Source: Octopus bimaculoides (taxonomy: Eukaryota). Taken from it: DNA of 64,000 nt. A model generated the notes under the pieces. It searched no databases, was not told where the DNA came from, and saw only the letters and a program-made list of their open reading frames with translations. The stretch covers positions 141,942,186-142,006,185 of the forward strand of contig NC_068983.1 in assembly GCF_001194135.2 (NCBI RefSeq). The letters run 5' to 3'. Below, in pieces: positions 12,919 to 26,881 of this stretch; positions within the stretch are counted from its first letter, which is position 1; every line of letters begins with the position of its first letter. A program made the position numbers and the translations under genes.

Positions 12919-13095
12919 TGTCTCGTAAGAAACAGAAGAACCCACTACTGCGTCACAACTCTGAAGATGATGAAATGAGATTCTCTGGTCTCCATAGTAA
13001 GCGTGATATTCCGTCCAAGTCTTTTAAAATGTTGCAGAATTTAACTGTATCAGATAGTCAAGATGAAGTCTCATCACAAGACACTCAAGATGAAG
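12919..13095 (+). CDS. Coding exon E2: VSRKKQKNPLLRHNSEDDEMRFSGLHSKRDIPSKSFKMLQNLTVSDSQDEVSSQDTQDE
   Basis: TTTTCTTTAG acceptor and GTTAGT donor. 177 nt, phase 1-1, carries the IPSKSFKMLQ motif. Confidence 0.9.
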
Positions 13096-15393
13096 GTTAG
13101 TGTTAACTACATTTTTTCTTTTCCCTATCTCAGCCCATTCTCATCTTGATCATCGTCTTTTCAATTTTATCTCAGACCACATTTATATGTTCTATTCTTT
13201 AGTAAGGTTTTGAGGGAGAATTAGTTGCTATTTCTAGCAGACTGGAGGATCAATCTTGCTTCATTGGCTTGCCTACAATTTGTTGATACTGAGATAAGAA
13301 TAGGTTAAAATAATTTTGAATAAATTGCATTTTTTTAAGACTCTTTAACTGCACAAAGCAATTTCCATTTCTTTTAAATTAATCAGGTAAAGAGGGATAG
13401 GACAGATCACCATTGCCTGGTGGGATTGATGTTGCAAACTGCCCAGCCTGACATTGGCAGGAAAGAATGCACAAGGAGAGAATAATATGATTTGCTAACA
13501 ATAGTGAAAGCCTGATAATGACCCCTGGTACCATATGGTGGTGTTAAATCTCCTTTTCTTTCTTTAAAGCTGTTATCGGATCATTTGCAGCTTAATTGAT
13601 ATGGAATCAAATCGATTTGTAACTTTAGTTTAGGAATAGAAAAGAGTTATGTCCCTTTGAACAAAAATTTCTACGTACATTTATATTTGTCCATTCACAC
13701 GTTTGCTCACATTTACACTGTAGTATCCATTCACATAATCTCGTGCATATTCACCACTCTTGTAATCTAGAAATATTGATTAACGACCTTTTTACTTATT
13801 TACATAGAGGTTGATATTAATGAAGTAGAAAGACCAGATTGACCATAGATATGGAGAAAGTTCTAATCCAGTCTGGGATCGTGCAGAAAGTAAATAAAAC
13901 TTGATAACAGAAATCAGGCCAATTAAAATCTGGTTTAGATATATTGTAAATAAAAATTCTAAATATAAGATTAATAGTCTGGAAACTTATCGTAAGCCAT
14001 GATAAATTAAATTGCAACTAAGTGTCAAAGTCTTTCACAAAAACCAAAAAGCCTACATTTGTAAGGCCAGGTAATGGGATAAAATTCTTTTTAAGTGGTA
14101 GAGTGTAAGGTGAGGAGGCAAAAGTCGACTTGAGGAGAGATGGCTTGGTCTTAGCTGGCCATCATGCTTGGATATAGATAAGAATGATGAAAAGAACGGT
14201 TTTGCATTGATCATATAAATGTCTTCAAATACAAACCACGAGGGAGCTTCTGTGAAATCAATCAAATGGTTAGAAATCAAAGCCAAATATTTAAAATTTC
14301 ATTTCGCTACCATAAAGGAAAAACACATTGGATAATATACTCTCACTTAAATTTTGAACAAGACTGAATAATGATGACAGCAGAACCGTTTGATAGTAGA
14401 ATAGATGGATCAGAGTTGACATGAGAACTAAACAATAAATGACGTGAGAATTTCAACAAATGTCTCTTGGTTATTTTCTGCTGACATCCGTATATCTAAC
14501 ACATGACAATCATAGGAAGAAATGAAAAGAAAGTAAACTAGATGATTTGATAGTAACCTATGCCTACTAATAGTTCAAAGTTCCACTACATAGAGTGACA
14601 TTTACAACTCTGCATTCACCACATATGCTGTATTTGCAAAATAGTCACCATCACCTCATTGACAAATGTACAAACAATTTTTTTATATACATATGACTGG
14701 GTCAACATTGGAGCCTTTGTGTAAGTGCCCAACCTTCTAGAAACAGCACCCAAATCTCCCTCAAATGACATCATCCAGTCTTAAAAAGGAAGGACACATT
14801 GGACGAGATGGAGGGAGGGAGGGAGAGGATACAATAAATTCTAATTTTATGTAATTTCGTAAGTTGTAACTGAAAGCATGTAATGCTTGTAATACACATA
14901 GCTTCTGGATTCACAAAATGTTCTAAGACTTTTGTTGCTGTGGTTGTCCCATCAGAAATTTAGTGTTACAGTTTAAGTTAATGGCAGAATGGCTTCAACT
15001 TAATGTGGCCTGAGATTTAAAACTTTTGCAAAGAATTTGGCCACAAGAACTGTGCTTAAAACAAAGCTTAGTAGAGCAATTTGCATTCCATCCCATTTCA
15101 AAAATGCTGCTCCACTGGAACTAGCATTTATTTAATGCTTTCGTAGAATGAATAAATTTATGTACTTATCCATAGGTCTGGTTTTACTGATATTTGAACA
15201 CCCTTAAACTGTCATAATACATCAGCAATCGCATTCTTTTTTAGGTAATATTTGTCTAAAGTATTACTTCTTCTTATAAAATTTTTATTGATCCTTTTTA
15301 TTAATTTATATTAATTATATTACTATCTTAGAACCTTTTGAATTTATGAATTATTAAATTTCTATTTTTTTTCATTTTCTTCTCTCATTTCAG

Positions 15394-15507
15394 ATGGTGT
15401 TGGTAATTATTGTGAAGCATCGATCCGATATAAAGGAAAGCACATTCCATCACCATCTTTCCGTGTCTTGCAGAACTGGGCAGATACAGATACTGACCCA
15501 ACTCCAG
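15394..15507 (+). CDS. Coding exon E3: DGVGNYCEASIRYKGKHIPSPSFRVLQNWADTDTDPTP
   Basis: Strong polypyrimidine tract plus TTTCAG acceptor and GTAAGT donor. 114 nt, phase 1-1, one motif copy. Not in the ORF track because it is too short. Confidence 0.92.
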
Positions 15508-18500
15508 GTAAGTCTTTGTACTTGTTAACTATTGACAATAAGAAGTAAGCTTAAATTGATGTTTTTAGCTATACCTTGGGGAAAAGCAAAAATATCAACC
15601 ACATTTATAGTCTTAACTTTCAAAGTTAAAATTAATTCATTGAGGAGAAATAGTTTTAACAATGGTCCACTATTTACTCTGTGCAATATCTGAGAATATT
15701 TTACAACTGATTCACTTTTATATGATGAAATTTGGCTAAAAGCCTTGTTTTCTCCACAATCATATCTCTTCAACACATAAATTATTTGGATAGCTATTTC
15801 CCAGAAAGATTTTCTTTATTATTGCCAACTATTCTCCAATCAAGCTGTATTATGGCATTGTAGTAAATTGCATCTAAACTAAGCCCCTTACAATGTAATA
15901 AACTTGGGATAGTATTTGGATGCTGGTGTACCAGAATCAGCAGACTGTTGGATTAAATTCTTTTGTAGTATTTGGTTATGTCCCTTTATATTCTGAGTTC
16001 AAATCACATTGAAGTCAATAAAAATAAAACTGATACAATTGACTGCACCTTGAGTAAAAATATGTTGATGAGCATCAAATGATATTGTTGACATGCAAGA
16101 ATTAGACTAGAAATGGAACTATTTAGTTCCACTCTTCTACTTGTCTGAGTCCAAATCTTGCTAGAATCATCTTAATTTGGGAGAAGGTCAATTCAATCAT
16201 TTGTATCCTGACCCTGCTAATTTTTTTAATTGGATCAAGGTAAGCAAGAATCTACAATAAGAAAAAAATGGCACAATTACCAATTTAAAACAAAAAGTAA
16301 TAAAGCTACAACATTCAGAGATGGAATTTTAATCTTTATGTATCTACAATTACTCACCAGATGACTGTTACTAATTACATGACAGACCACTTGTCATTTC
16401 TTTTCAAATTAGGTATGAATTAATCTAGCAGTTCTAACTGAATTATTTTATATCTAATTCATCAAGCACTTGGTGTTAGCTGGGTAAGCTACTCTAGTAA
16501 TGTATCCTATATTGATACAATGTTTGCCACAAGAAATAATAGTGATAGATACATGGTTCAAGTTTTTTTCAGTGAGCCTCTTTCCTGTTTCAAATTGATG
16601 CTTGTAAAATCTAAAATAATTTGCATTAAAATTTTTAGCAATTAAATTATTGATGCTACTCCTCGTGTTGTTTAGCCACAGCTTATCCTTAAATGAACAG
16701 GCCTTTGAATTAAGGCATTCATCAGTAACTATTGCCATTCTCATGTATTTTTAATTGCATTAGCTTATGTGCTTGTCTCTAAGACAGTAATTTGAGTGAG
16801 ATTTGGTTGCTATTTTTAGCAAGCCAAGTGACCCTGTCAAGGATCATTTGGTGATTCCTCTTGTTCAAAGCAAGATCTTAGCAAACCATATTTATAACCA
16901 TGTTGAAACTGTTTGACTATTGCTAATGTTTTTATGGAAGAAAAACCAAAATTTTCTATTTTAAAAATTGTTGTTGCTGTTGTTTTTATGTTAATTGTTT
17001 TTATCAAATTGTTTCCATGAACTTGACAAAATAATCGGGATTCTGCAATTGTCAAAAAAATGGAAGTATCTTATTCTTAATGTTTACAAGTTTTAATGTA
17101 CTTATAAAATACTAATAAAATAACCAACAAATCATTAATCTGCTGTAACGAAATTTGTGTAAGAGGAGGAGTTATACCAATTTGCATGCAAGTGTGTGTA
17201 CATGCATGCTCATCTCTAAATATGTGGTGGAAGGATTTACAATGCATTATGTGCAGTGATTTTTTTATCAATAGCTTCTGAAAGTATTTGGTAACCAGCA
17301 ACAGGTGATTTATTGTCAAGGGGTTTGAAATGTTTCCAATGGTTATAAAAATTTCCAGGAGAAATTCCAATACCCAGTATTTTGAAATTTGTTATCTGAA
17401 TGTCAAACAATATAAGCTAATAAGGGGTCTTGCATGCAAGTCCTTTTATTTTTTACACAAACACCTGAACCTTCAAACAAACAGGTATTTAGAAGCCCTA
17501 ACATGTACAACATATCACAACTGAAATAATCAGGAATAAAATAGATGACCTAGTTCAATTAAGATTTTGCAGTTTGATGGTGGAAGAATATGAAAATTAA
17601 CGTCCTTTGGCAGCAATCTATGGAATGAAGACATTTGACAGGGTTTTCACTAAAATTTAAAATGTAACTCAGAAAAATTCAAATTTGTATTGAATATATT
17701 GAATTATTGGCTATACTCATTATATAGTTTTGTTCCATCATTGTCAGAATTTTTTTTTTAAAGTTTATAAATATCAACATTATTTTAGAGACAAAAGTGA
17801 TTAAGAATGATATATTCAATAAACTTGCATTTCATGACTATGTCTATTAACATACTTATTATGTAGCTATGACAAACTTATTAAATAACCACTTAGATAG
17901 TACATAATTTCTGAATAACAGTAACAGATTCTATTAACTCAACACTGATAATTCATCAATAATACTTGATGTCGCTGTTTCATTTGAAATCTTTAGTTGA
18001 AAATCATTTAAACCTGAAGCTTCATGAAATTTCAGTATTTTGTATACGGATTTCCTCAAAATTATGTAAAGAACAGATTTCTTAAACTCACCTTTTGAAA
18101 GATTGCCACAATGTGAAAGAGTAGATCCACCAAGGGAAAATATATTTGAAGTGAACTAAAAGTATTATATAATTTCTTGAATTCAGGGACGAAATTTGAC
18201 AAAATGAATTTGGAAACTGTTAGCCTATTTCCAGCTTATGTGACTATTTGTTTATTGCAGACAGTATTTTTCAGTTGTATATTGACTAAAAATAAACAGA
18301 TGTAAAATGCTAAAGTAGTTACAATAGTCAAGTTATGATATTGGGCTACTAGCTGGTAGTAGTAATTTAAAGTTTGTTGCTGGCATTCCCTTGCATTTAG
18401 GGTCAATACTTTATTCCCAATTACTTGAATTTATCCAAGCTATCGGGAAGAGTTAATTGATCATCAAACAATATTACTAGTAATAGATAGCACCTTATTC

Positions 18501-20095
18501 AAGAGAAGCATCTTCTTTTAAAGAATACTTATTGATTTTTACTTAATGTCCTTTTACTTGCCTGGAAAATTGCAAAGTGGATTTTGTTTTTATTGATAAG
18601 GTATTTTGTTGAGATTTATTAGTTTTACATTCTTGTTATTTAAATCCATATATAGTCTTTTCTGTTTTCAGTTATAGCCTGGAGCCATGCTTAAGTACCA
18701 CCTTCAAGCATTTGAATCATATTAACTTGTGCTTATTTCAGTCTAATAATTATTTTAATGATATTTCTTCATCAAATTATTAAGTCAATTTTTAAACAAA
18801 GGGTTGCATAATGTGCATATTGTGTACATGCATATAGATGTTGGGCTTCTGCAGTTTCCATCTACCAAATTTTATTCCCATGACACAAGTCAACCCAAGG
18901 TTATTATAGCAAAAGATACTTACCCAAGGTGTCATGCAGTAGGAACAGACTGTTAACATTATTGCAAAGTGAACTTCTCTAGCCATAGCATAACTATAAA
19001 GTGTTTAGTCATGCTTAAAAGAACTTAAATTCCAAATTGGGAAAGTTTCTACATTGTTCTCAATTGCTGATTCACATCATTATCCCAGATGGTTGAAGAA
19101 TGGCATTTGTGGCAAAGTAATCAATACCACAAACGAAGAAGAAAACAAAGCTCTCATCAGACCAACAAAGAATCCCCTATGTGGTCACTCAAGCTGCTAG
19201 AAATAGCAACCAATTTTTTTCCAAGTACACCTTATCTTAAAGAAATAACATTGGACATTCTTAGATAAACAAGTGAGGTGATGACTGATGGAGCACATTT
19301 AATTATAAGTCTGCTCGATTATTGATCTATTTCATAATTTAATTCAATCTTTTATTGCTTATTGATTTCACACAGTTGGCAGATGAAGGATATTTTATGT
19401 CATGTTTATACCTCTTACACTCTATACCTATCTGCAACTAACCACACCCATTTCTAACATGTGTACCATAAGAAATCTGTTTCATTCACTTTTCCTTTTT
19501 GGACTGTGACTAGCCAATAATTAATGGGGAAAATATTTTTAATGGTGATCACTCTATAAGACTAATTTAAATAATATACAGAAAGTCTGTGCTGGATCAT
19601 ATATTTGTTTATTTTTCAAATTTAGAATGTAAACCATTCAATCCTCAGTTAACCAACAAATTATATACTCACAAATACACACTCATCATACATGCAAATC
19701 TACATGTATATACATACGTATGTGTATATAATTTATGTTCATGGAAACGCTTATAAAATGTTTTTACCAATGCATGAAAGTTGTTTATTAATCACTGTTC
19801 CGTTTCTGAATGCCACAAACTTTTTTTTATCAATAACAATGATTACTTAAAACTATTGAAAAGTTTTTTTTTCTTAACATCCTCTCAAGATTTCCAAGAA
19901 TTTGGAACCTCTTTACTCTATTACTTCTATAACACAAAAATACTAAATCCCAACAATGTAACGTTCAACTTGTCAAACTTAGACAAAGTAAACAGATTCT
20001 AACCAATCAACAACTCAGTTTTGTACTAAAGAAATCTAGTAAAAAAAAGTTAGTTAATTTTTTTTTTTTAATTAATTGATCAAAATACCATTTAG

Positions 20096-20239
20096 ATTCT
20101 GGCTTGGATACTGAAGAAGAAACTGTAGGCAACTCTGTTATGAATACTTCAATCCGCTATACAGGCAAATGCATTCCATCCCCAACATTCCAGGTATTGA
20201 AAGCTTGGGCTGACAAAGATGTACTCCCTAGTCCTAAAA
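20096..20239 (+). CDS. Coding exon E4: DSGLDTEEETVGNSVMNTSIRYTGKCIPSPTFQVLKAWADKDVLPSPK
   Basis: TTTAG acceptor and GTAAGT donor. 144 nt, phase 1-1, clearly paralogous to E3. Confidence 0.9.
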
Positions 20240-20777
20240 GTAAGTGATGCAACTGAACAATATGCAATATTCTAACACCATATTATTGATGAATTTCAGA
20301 GAATCTGAATCTCTCTTTCTGTCACTCTTTCTCTCTGAGATGTTGAATATTTCCACTCTGTGCACATGTGTGTATGCTTTTGTTCTGAGAAAGTGCTTTT
20401 AACTTTATACATCTTACTCCACCTATCTGTCAGGATTAGGTATTGGATCTTTTAGTAATATGATGGCAGTCCCATCTAGAGGAAGATTTCCCTTTCCCCT
20501 TGTTACCACCTTAAAAAAGGACGGGCATTACCAGTGATACTTTACAAGGGTCCTGAGATTAGTGGAAGGAAGGGAGCTAATGATCTATAGATAAAGTATT
20601 TGGCCCAAATGCTTGCAACAGAGAGGGGTTTGTTAGTCCTCAAGACCAGGTTGTAGGAGATAAACTGGGCAATGAATTATGTTTACTCAGCGATGTAACA
20701 AGCAAAATTATGGTGGCAGTTTATTACATTTTTTTCTTTGACGTTTTGCACCCAAAATTTTAATCCTTCTTACTGCA

Positions 20778-20940
20778 GGTACAAGGCTTGAAATTTTGTA
20801 GGAGTTAGTTGGTTGCACTAACCCTATGCTCAACTGGTACTTAATTTATCAACCTCAAAGGAATGAAAGGCAAAGTCAGCCGAAGTAGGATTTGAACTAA
20901 GAATGTCAAGACAGACAAAATGCTTTTAAGCATCCTGTCC
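20778..20940 (-). mobile_element. SINE (same family as 39277-39736)
   Basis: AAGGCAAAGTCAGCCGAAGTAGGATTTGAACTAAGAATG..AGACAGACAAAATGC matches the reverse complement of the copies at 39.3 and 39.5 kb. Confidence 0.7.
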
Positions 20941-21373
20941 AAATTGTTTGACTGCAGACGTCATTTGCTGTACAATCTGTTAAGCTTACAGGTGTCTTGT
21001 TAAAAGGAAATAGATAGTGATTGCAGATATATCTTTAAAAATGAGCTAACAGAAATTGCCAAATGACAATCCAAATGAGCGCCTTGTGAGAAGGGGAGAT
21101 AATCTTGAGAATCAAATTCTCTAATGTTGACATGCCATAATATAGAGGACCAGTTTATTGTCTGGAGATAAAAGGACAGTTGTGATTATTTTTCTACCCT
21201 AATAACCATCAGTATGACAAGTATCTTACCTTTTCTTCAAGAAACTTGGACATACACAAAAAAGAGCAGAACACGTCTATTGTTCAAGTACATGCACTAG
21301 CCATCCTGAATTGTTTTTCTTAGCTCATTCTTGTTTAAAATTATATATTTTACATAAGCTGTAAATGTGTACT

Positions 21374-21411
<38 letters not shown>

Positions 21412-24400
21412 TATGCTACTAGAACTAGTGCAGGACACAATTGTTGTGCTGATGATGTTTACAGAAGCAGAAACATATTCGCAGTTGTTGCCTCCAGACA
21501 AACTTGTCCTTTTCCTTTGTGGATTTTCAACATTGGAGATTGATTCTTGAGATTATCTCCTCTTTTCTTATGGAGCTGGTCTTAATTGCCATTTAAGAAT
21601 TATGACACATTCTCTAAAAGCAGAGATAATTTAAATAAATAAATTGGTGTATATTTAACATACCTGTATTTATCTATGTGCACACATATCTATGTACATA
21701 CACATAGATGCATATGCACATATACATCTGTCTGTGTGCATGTGTGTGCGCATCTGTATGGATATCATTTTGTTGTTTTTTTTTAAGTTTTAAGTTGTAG
21801 TTTCGTGTAGCTTTGTCTAAATACTTCGTTTAGGAAAGTCTAAGTTTCTAATTTGTACCACACAGATTGTGTTTTCTTACTGAAGTTATAAATTTTTTTC
21901 TAACCTGATTCTTTTTGTAACATGATTTTTGTCCATCTGCTGTGACTAGGTTATTTGTCATCCATCACAGCAGGATGCACTTCAAACTTTTCGAATTGAA
22001 GCCATAAAGCTAGCAATTAAGTCAATATGATTGTCGTTGGCATTCAAAGCCAGACTATTGAAGTTTTAACTGAAGTAAAAAAAAATTTTTTTTAAATCAC
22101 ATTTGTAACAGCTTTAAGACATTTTTTTGTAGTGTTTGTAGTTTTTAACCTACTGATAGATGATATTAATTCACTTATAACATGAAAAGCTAGATATTAT
22201 TGGAGAAGAGAAGACAGCATATTGAGCAATGAGTCATAGACAATATCATCGATCCTTGTGATACTCAAAATAACCTAAAGTTGAAATATAAAATAAAAAT
22301 ATCAGAGCAGAAGGAAATATGCTGTTAAGTCTGGCTGCATCTTAAGGATAAATGGAAGAATAGGGAAAACAAAAGGAATTGAATTTCAGATCAATGTGAA
22401 AACATTGATAAAGTAACGAAAATAGTCAATAACAAGCTAAATGTTGCATGGTTGTTATACTGAGGAAGTCCACAATCCAGGACTGCATATATTAAACCTT
22501 TTCAATAGCTTAGCCAGAAGAAGGGCAGTGCCTATATTTTTCAGGTCCTCTGAGACTATTGGAAGGGTACAAGTTATATTTAAACCTAACCCAAATGCTT
22601 GCAACAGAGTAAACTCCACTAAATGTACTCACTGTACTTTGGGCTAAGTGGTGGTAAACTGGCAATGGATTAAGTTTACCATCCAAAACTTGTGTAACCA
22701 CTGTTGAAAATTCTGCTATTAACTCTAAGATATCAGCATACTAAACAACGCTATAAATCTGCCATGTGTGGACTCTTTATTCTTTTACTGGTTCTTGTCA
22801 TCAAACTGTGGCAAGTGGCCCTGAGGGGGCACCTCCTTCAATTCAGGAAGGAAATGGAAATTACCATAGGCACCTTTCTTTCCCCTGACCCTGTTGAAGT
22901 ATTTCTGTTTGAGAGCATTTTCAAAGTAACAAGTGCTTCTCATCCATTGTTTTGTTCAATAATTATGGTTTTAACTTGGTATTCACAAGTCTATCAGAGA
23001 TTTTCGCTATATCTTGTGATCAGTTGAAAATCAGTTTCATAAGAAGCTATGGAGTTGAACATACCTGCAAATAAGTGGCTAGTTTATCCTTAAATCAGCC
23101 TGAATATATTAGCCTATGGTTAAGTGTTCCAGTTGTAACTACCTAATTTTCTACTCATTGTTTTTGGGTCTTCATTTTCTAATGTCCTGCATTGTTCTAA
23201 GATGATAGGGTGCATAATTCTAAAAAGGCTTGGGTTCTATTACTTAAAAGGTTATTTCATCAATTCCTCAGTGAAGCTTTTAGTCAGAAAAAATAAAGGT
23301 CTCGGTAAAATCTGAAGCTAATGTGTTAGGTGATGCTAGAAGTGGGGAAAAATTCAAAATGTCTTGGGACTACATGTCAGTAACAATCAACATAATTGTT
23401 GGCACCCACTGATAGTATTGATGAGGTTGCAGTTGATGCTATAAATTAAAACATATTGCATCTGTAACAGCTACAAGGCATTTATATAAAGAATGTTTGC
23501 AGTCCTCCACCTACTGATGGAGGACATTAATTTACAAACATAAGATGTTGCTTTTTAAGGACAGACATAGCTGGCTATAATTATCTGTAACAGCTTTTTT
23601 AGTTAAAAGGCATTGCTGCTTGTTTCTGCAACATGTACAATACTTAGACACTAACTGATTTAAAGTTCAGGCATTTAAATAGGAATTCTTTGAGGTTTTG
23701 AGAAAATCTCTAACAAAGAATGTGAAACTAAGTTTGTTAATTTTTATTATCATTCTTGCAAGAAAACTGATATTTCTTGAAATAGTTAAGTGACACAAGC
23801 TGTAATAGCATTGCATTTCATAACTTTGCTCAAACCTCTTTGACAAAAGCTAGTTAAAGTAGAGTCACAGGTCATCCCTGTCTGCACAGATCTATGATCA
23901 GTGTCATTGCCATCTCATAACATATCTAAAACTGCATTATCCAATATATCCTTCTCTCCTTTTTAGTTTGATTTGAGGGAGATTTGCCAGATATTTCTTG
24001 TAGGCAACATAACCACGTGGAAGCATTATTGGTTAAAAATTATGATGGAACTTGATTGCTTAGGTATCAATTAAAATCTCTCAATGACTAACAATAACTT
24101 GGTTAAATTATAATTAAATAAGTGATTTGTAATATTTCACACTGAAGAATCCAGATATTTGTGATATTGCCAGATTTTATTTCCATAATTGATTTAGTGC
24201 CTACTGTCCATAATTCTTTTTATAACATAGTTTGAATTATTTCAGTAATTGAATTCACTAAAAGTGATTTATATTCAATTTTATACATATCTAAAGTTGG
24301 TTATGTAATGAACAAACTATTTGTAATAAGCATCTTTCTTTAAAATTAGCCCAAGAAGGTGTACATAGTAAAATTTATACCCAAATTGAAGTGACTAAAG

Positions 24401-24727
24401 TGATATTATATTACTGTTAAGTTTGAATTTTAAGATGGGAAAACTCAAGCATGGAGTTCTATATAATTATTAAATTACTCATTTCCTGTTTTAAATTAGT
24501 ACTTTGTTCAGTTTAAATAATGGCATATTGTTTATTGAACAAAATGTTGGTTAGGAAGTTCCAAGTAGATGCACTTTGGATGAAGAAAGACTGATAAAAA
24601 TGTTAGTAAAGGATTCAGAAACATTGGGGCAATTGATAAGCTAGGTAATGCATTTAGTTGAAAGAGCAGAAGCCATTGTAGTAGTGGTAAAAATAAAATA
24701 TGGAAAATGTGACAGTCTCAACTTTCA

Positions 24728-24728
24728 G

Positions 24729-24802
<74 letters not shown>
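24728..24802. repeat. Compound (TG)n(TA)n microsatellite
   Basis: Seen directly in the sequence. Confidence 0.95.
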
Positions 24803-24806
<4 letters not shown>

Positions 24807-25409
24807 CAAAAAATAACATGGCGGTTTTTCAGCAAAATCTTTTCTGGTTTAGTCTTCTCATGGCAGATAAGTTTTTGGAATCTACAAAATATTGGTAAAC
24901 CCCATTTTGGTGGGACATGTCAGTAAGAAAATAAAGGTACAATGCTACAAAGGAAAAAAAAAACTATCCTGTGGGGTTTGAACTTTAAGGTATTTGTTAC
25001 ATTTTTGTTGCTTTTCTTTGATATTCTAAGGTCTTTTTCTGATGAGTGGATTTGTAGTCTTCATAAAAACTTCTTGGAATGAGAAATCGCTGTGCCTTCT
25101 GGCAGTGTTCTTATTTGTTCTTGATATAACTCTAATATCCTGCACCAATAAGTATGTTGTGAACCCTGATACGCACACTATAATCAACAATTATTTTATT
25201 TCCTTCCACAAGTTTTCTTGATTGTACATTCTTACCCAAGTTGCTTCTTTACATTTTTTTTTTAAAGTTTTTCAGAGAAAGAAAATATAAAAGGAAAAGA
25301 GTAATTTGAAAGAGAAAAAGGAATATTCATGGGTATTGTTTGTTGACCTATGATCAGGTTTTAAATTGTACATTTTGTTTATTAGAAACCTTCTGTTGTC
25401 TTCGTTTAG

Positions 25410-25574
25410 TGAGGAAATCTAGATCAAAACCCAAACGCCCACCAATAGAGGAGGATGAGGACAAAAGTGATGGTCCAGTAGAAGTACGATACTCGGGTGG
25501 TAATATCCCTTCACGTGTCTTCAAAGTACTACAAATGAGTGTTGGAGGATCAGATCCTATTGAACCAACAAGCA
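25410..25574 (+). CDS. Coding exon E5: (M/V)RKSRSKPKRPPIEEDEDKSDGPVEVRYSGGNIPSRVFKVLQMSVGGSDPIEPTS
   Basis: TTCGTTTAG acceptor and GTAAGT donor. 165 nt, phase 1-1, motif RYSGGNIPSRVFKVLQ. Confidence 0.92.
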
Positions 25575-25632
25575 GTAAGTATTTAAAGTTTATTATTTGG
25601 TATACACTGTTTTTAATATTACCTTAACTATA

Positions 25633-25847
25633 TGAGGGGGTCCTGAAAAGTTCCTGGGTTTGGGTAAAAGAAAATACAGGAGGATCAGTTGATTAGGATT
25701 TTATTCAACACATTCCCCTCTGATTCACGCACTTATTGCAGCAGTCCTTCAGTTTTTCTAAGCCCTGTAAAAGAACTCAGAAGGTTGAGCCTCAAACCAG
25801 GCTTTTTGCAATACCCTTAAAGCCAGAAACTTTGCAGTGTCCCCTTG
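25633..25847. mobile_element. Mariner-type MITE
   Basis: TA|TGAGGGGGTCCTGAAAAGTTCCTGG ... CCAGAAACTTTGCAGTGTCCCCTTG|TA. Imperfect mariner-like TIRs, TA TSD, no ORF. Confidence 0.75.
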
Positions 25848-26881
25848 TATGTTATGTATGATGACGTTTTCATAAGTTATTCGTTTATAGAAATATAAGA
25901 CCTATTAGAAATATTTTTCATTGGTAAAACATCTGTTCATTGCTTAATTTAAGAATTAGACAAAATCAAAACTGCTCCATCTTTTAGCTGGCATTGGTAA
26001 TTTGGCAAGTTTTTTTTAATAAAGTAGATTTAACACAAATATCTGAATTCAGCACTACAAGGCAATGAAATTCTCATCAGTTCTACAGTGTGTTACCATT
26101 CCTTTTTATCAATAAATATCCACCCACTAGTAATTTTAAACTTAATGTAGGACTTTTATCACTAAGGGTTGGTGCCCTCAACACAGAAGGCAGTAAAATA
26201 GAAAGGATGGATAGGCTAAACAAACCTCAAAGGCCTTTGTTGTTCAGCTCCAGGTCAGCCTGAATATCAAATATGTGCCTTTTTGGAGACAATAAGTTTA
26301 TTTGGTAGAGATTTGGCTCCAGCAGGACAAGTGGTCATGTGCATGCTCTTTCATGGATTCATTTGTTGTTGAAAAATGACTGTGTAGCCTAATAATGGAC
26401 AACCAAAGACATTTTATGTATTTGGGGAACGCATTTAATTTTGCAGGACCCAGCTTAACTTTTGAGATATCCATGTCATCTCTAGAATATTATCTATAAT
26501 AAATTGGTTTCTCACCAAAGAGAATGACATAAGTACCTGGTTTAGCTGGCATGAAAGCTGAGCCAAATCTAGTCCTTAAAAGCCTTTTGAAGCTTGAAAT
26601 ATTGACTTGTTTAGATTCAAAATAGAAATGAGATACTACTGCATATATGGATGAATGTGGTCACTTGGTACACTATTTGTCATTAAAGTATATTGAAACT
26701 TCGTCTAAAATCTCTCACTATGGTCTTAAAATTAAGTTTTCTGACTACTGCTTTAAACTTGATTTCTGTGTCATGATGTTATGGTTTTCTTGTAGAGGGT
26801 GGTAATTCAACAATTACAGCTTGAAAGACTAATCTTTGATTAATCATGTTTCTGATTATTTTCTCTTTATATCCGCTACAG

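Noticed and set aside
6650-13392. CAG|GTAA juxtapositions at about 6666 and 13386 as recursive splice sites
   Set aside because: The introns are modest in size and the donor halves are weak, so this is expected by chance.
15078-15110. TGCATTCCATCCC match to E4 suggesting an extra motif exon
   Set aside because: Only 13 nt, the motif does not continue and there are no suitable splice sites.
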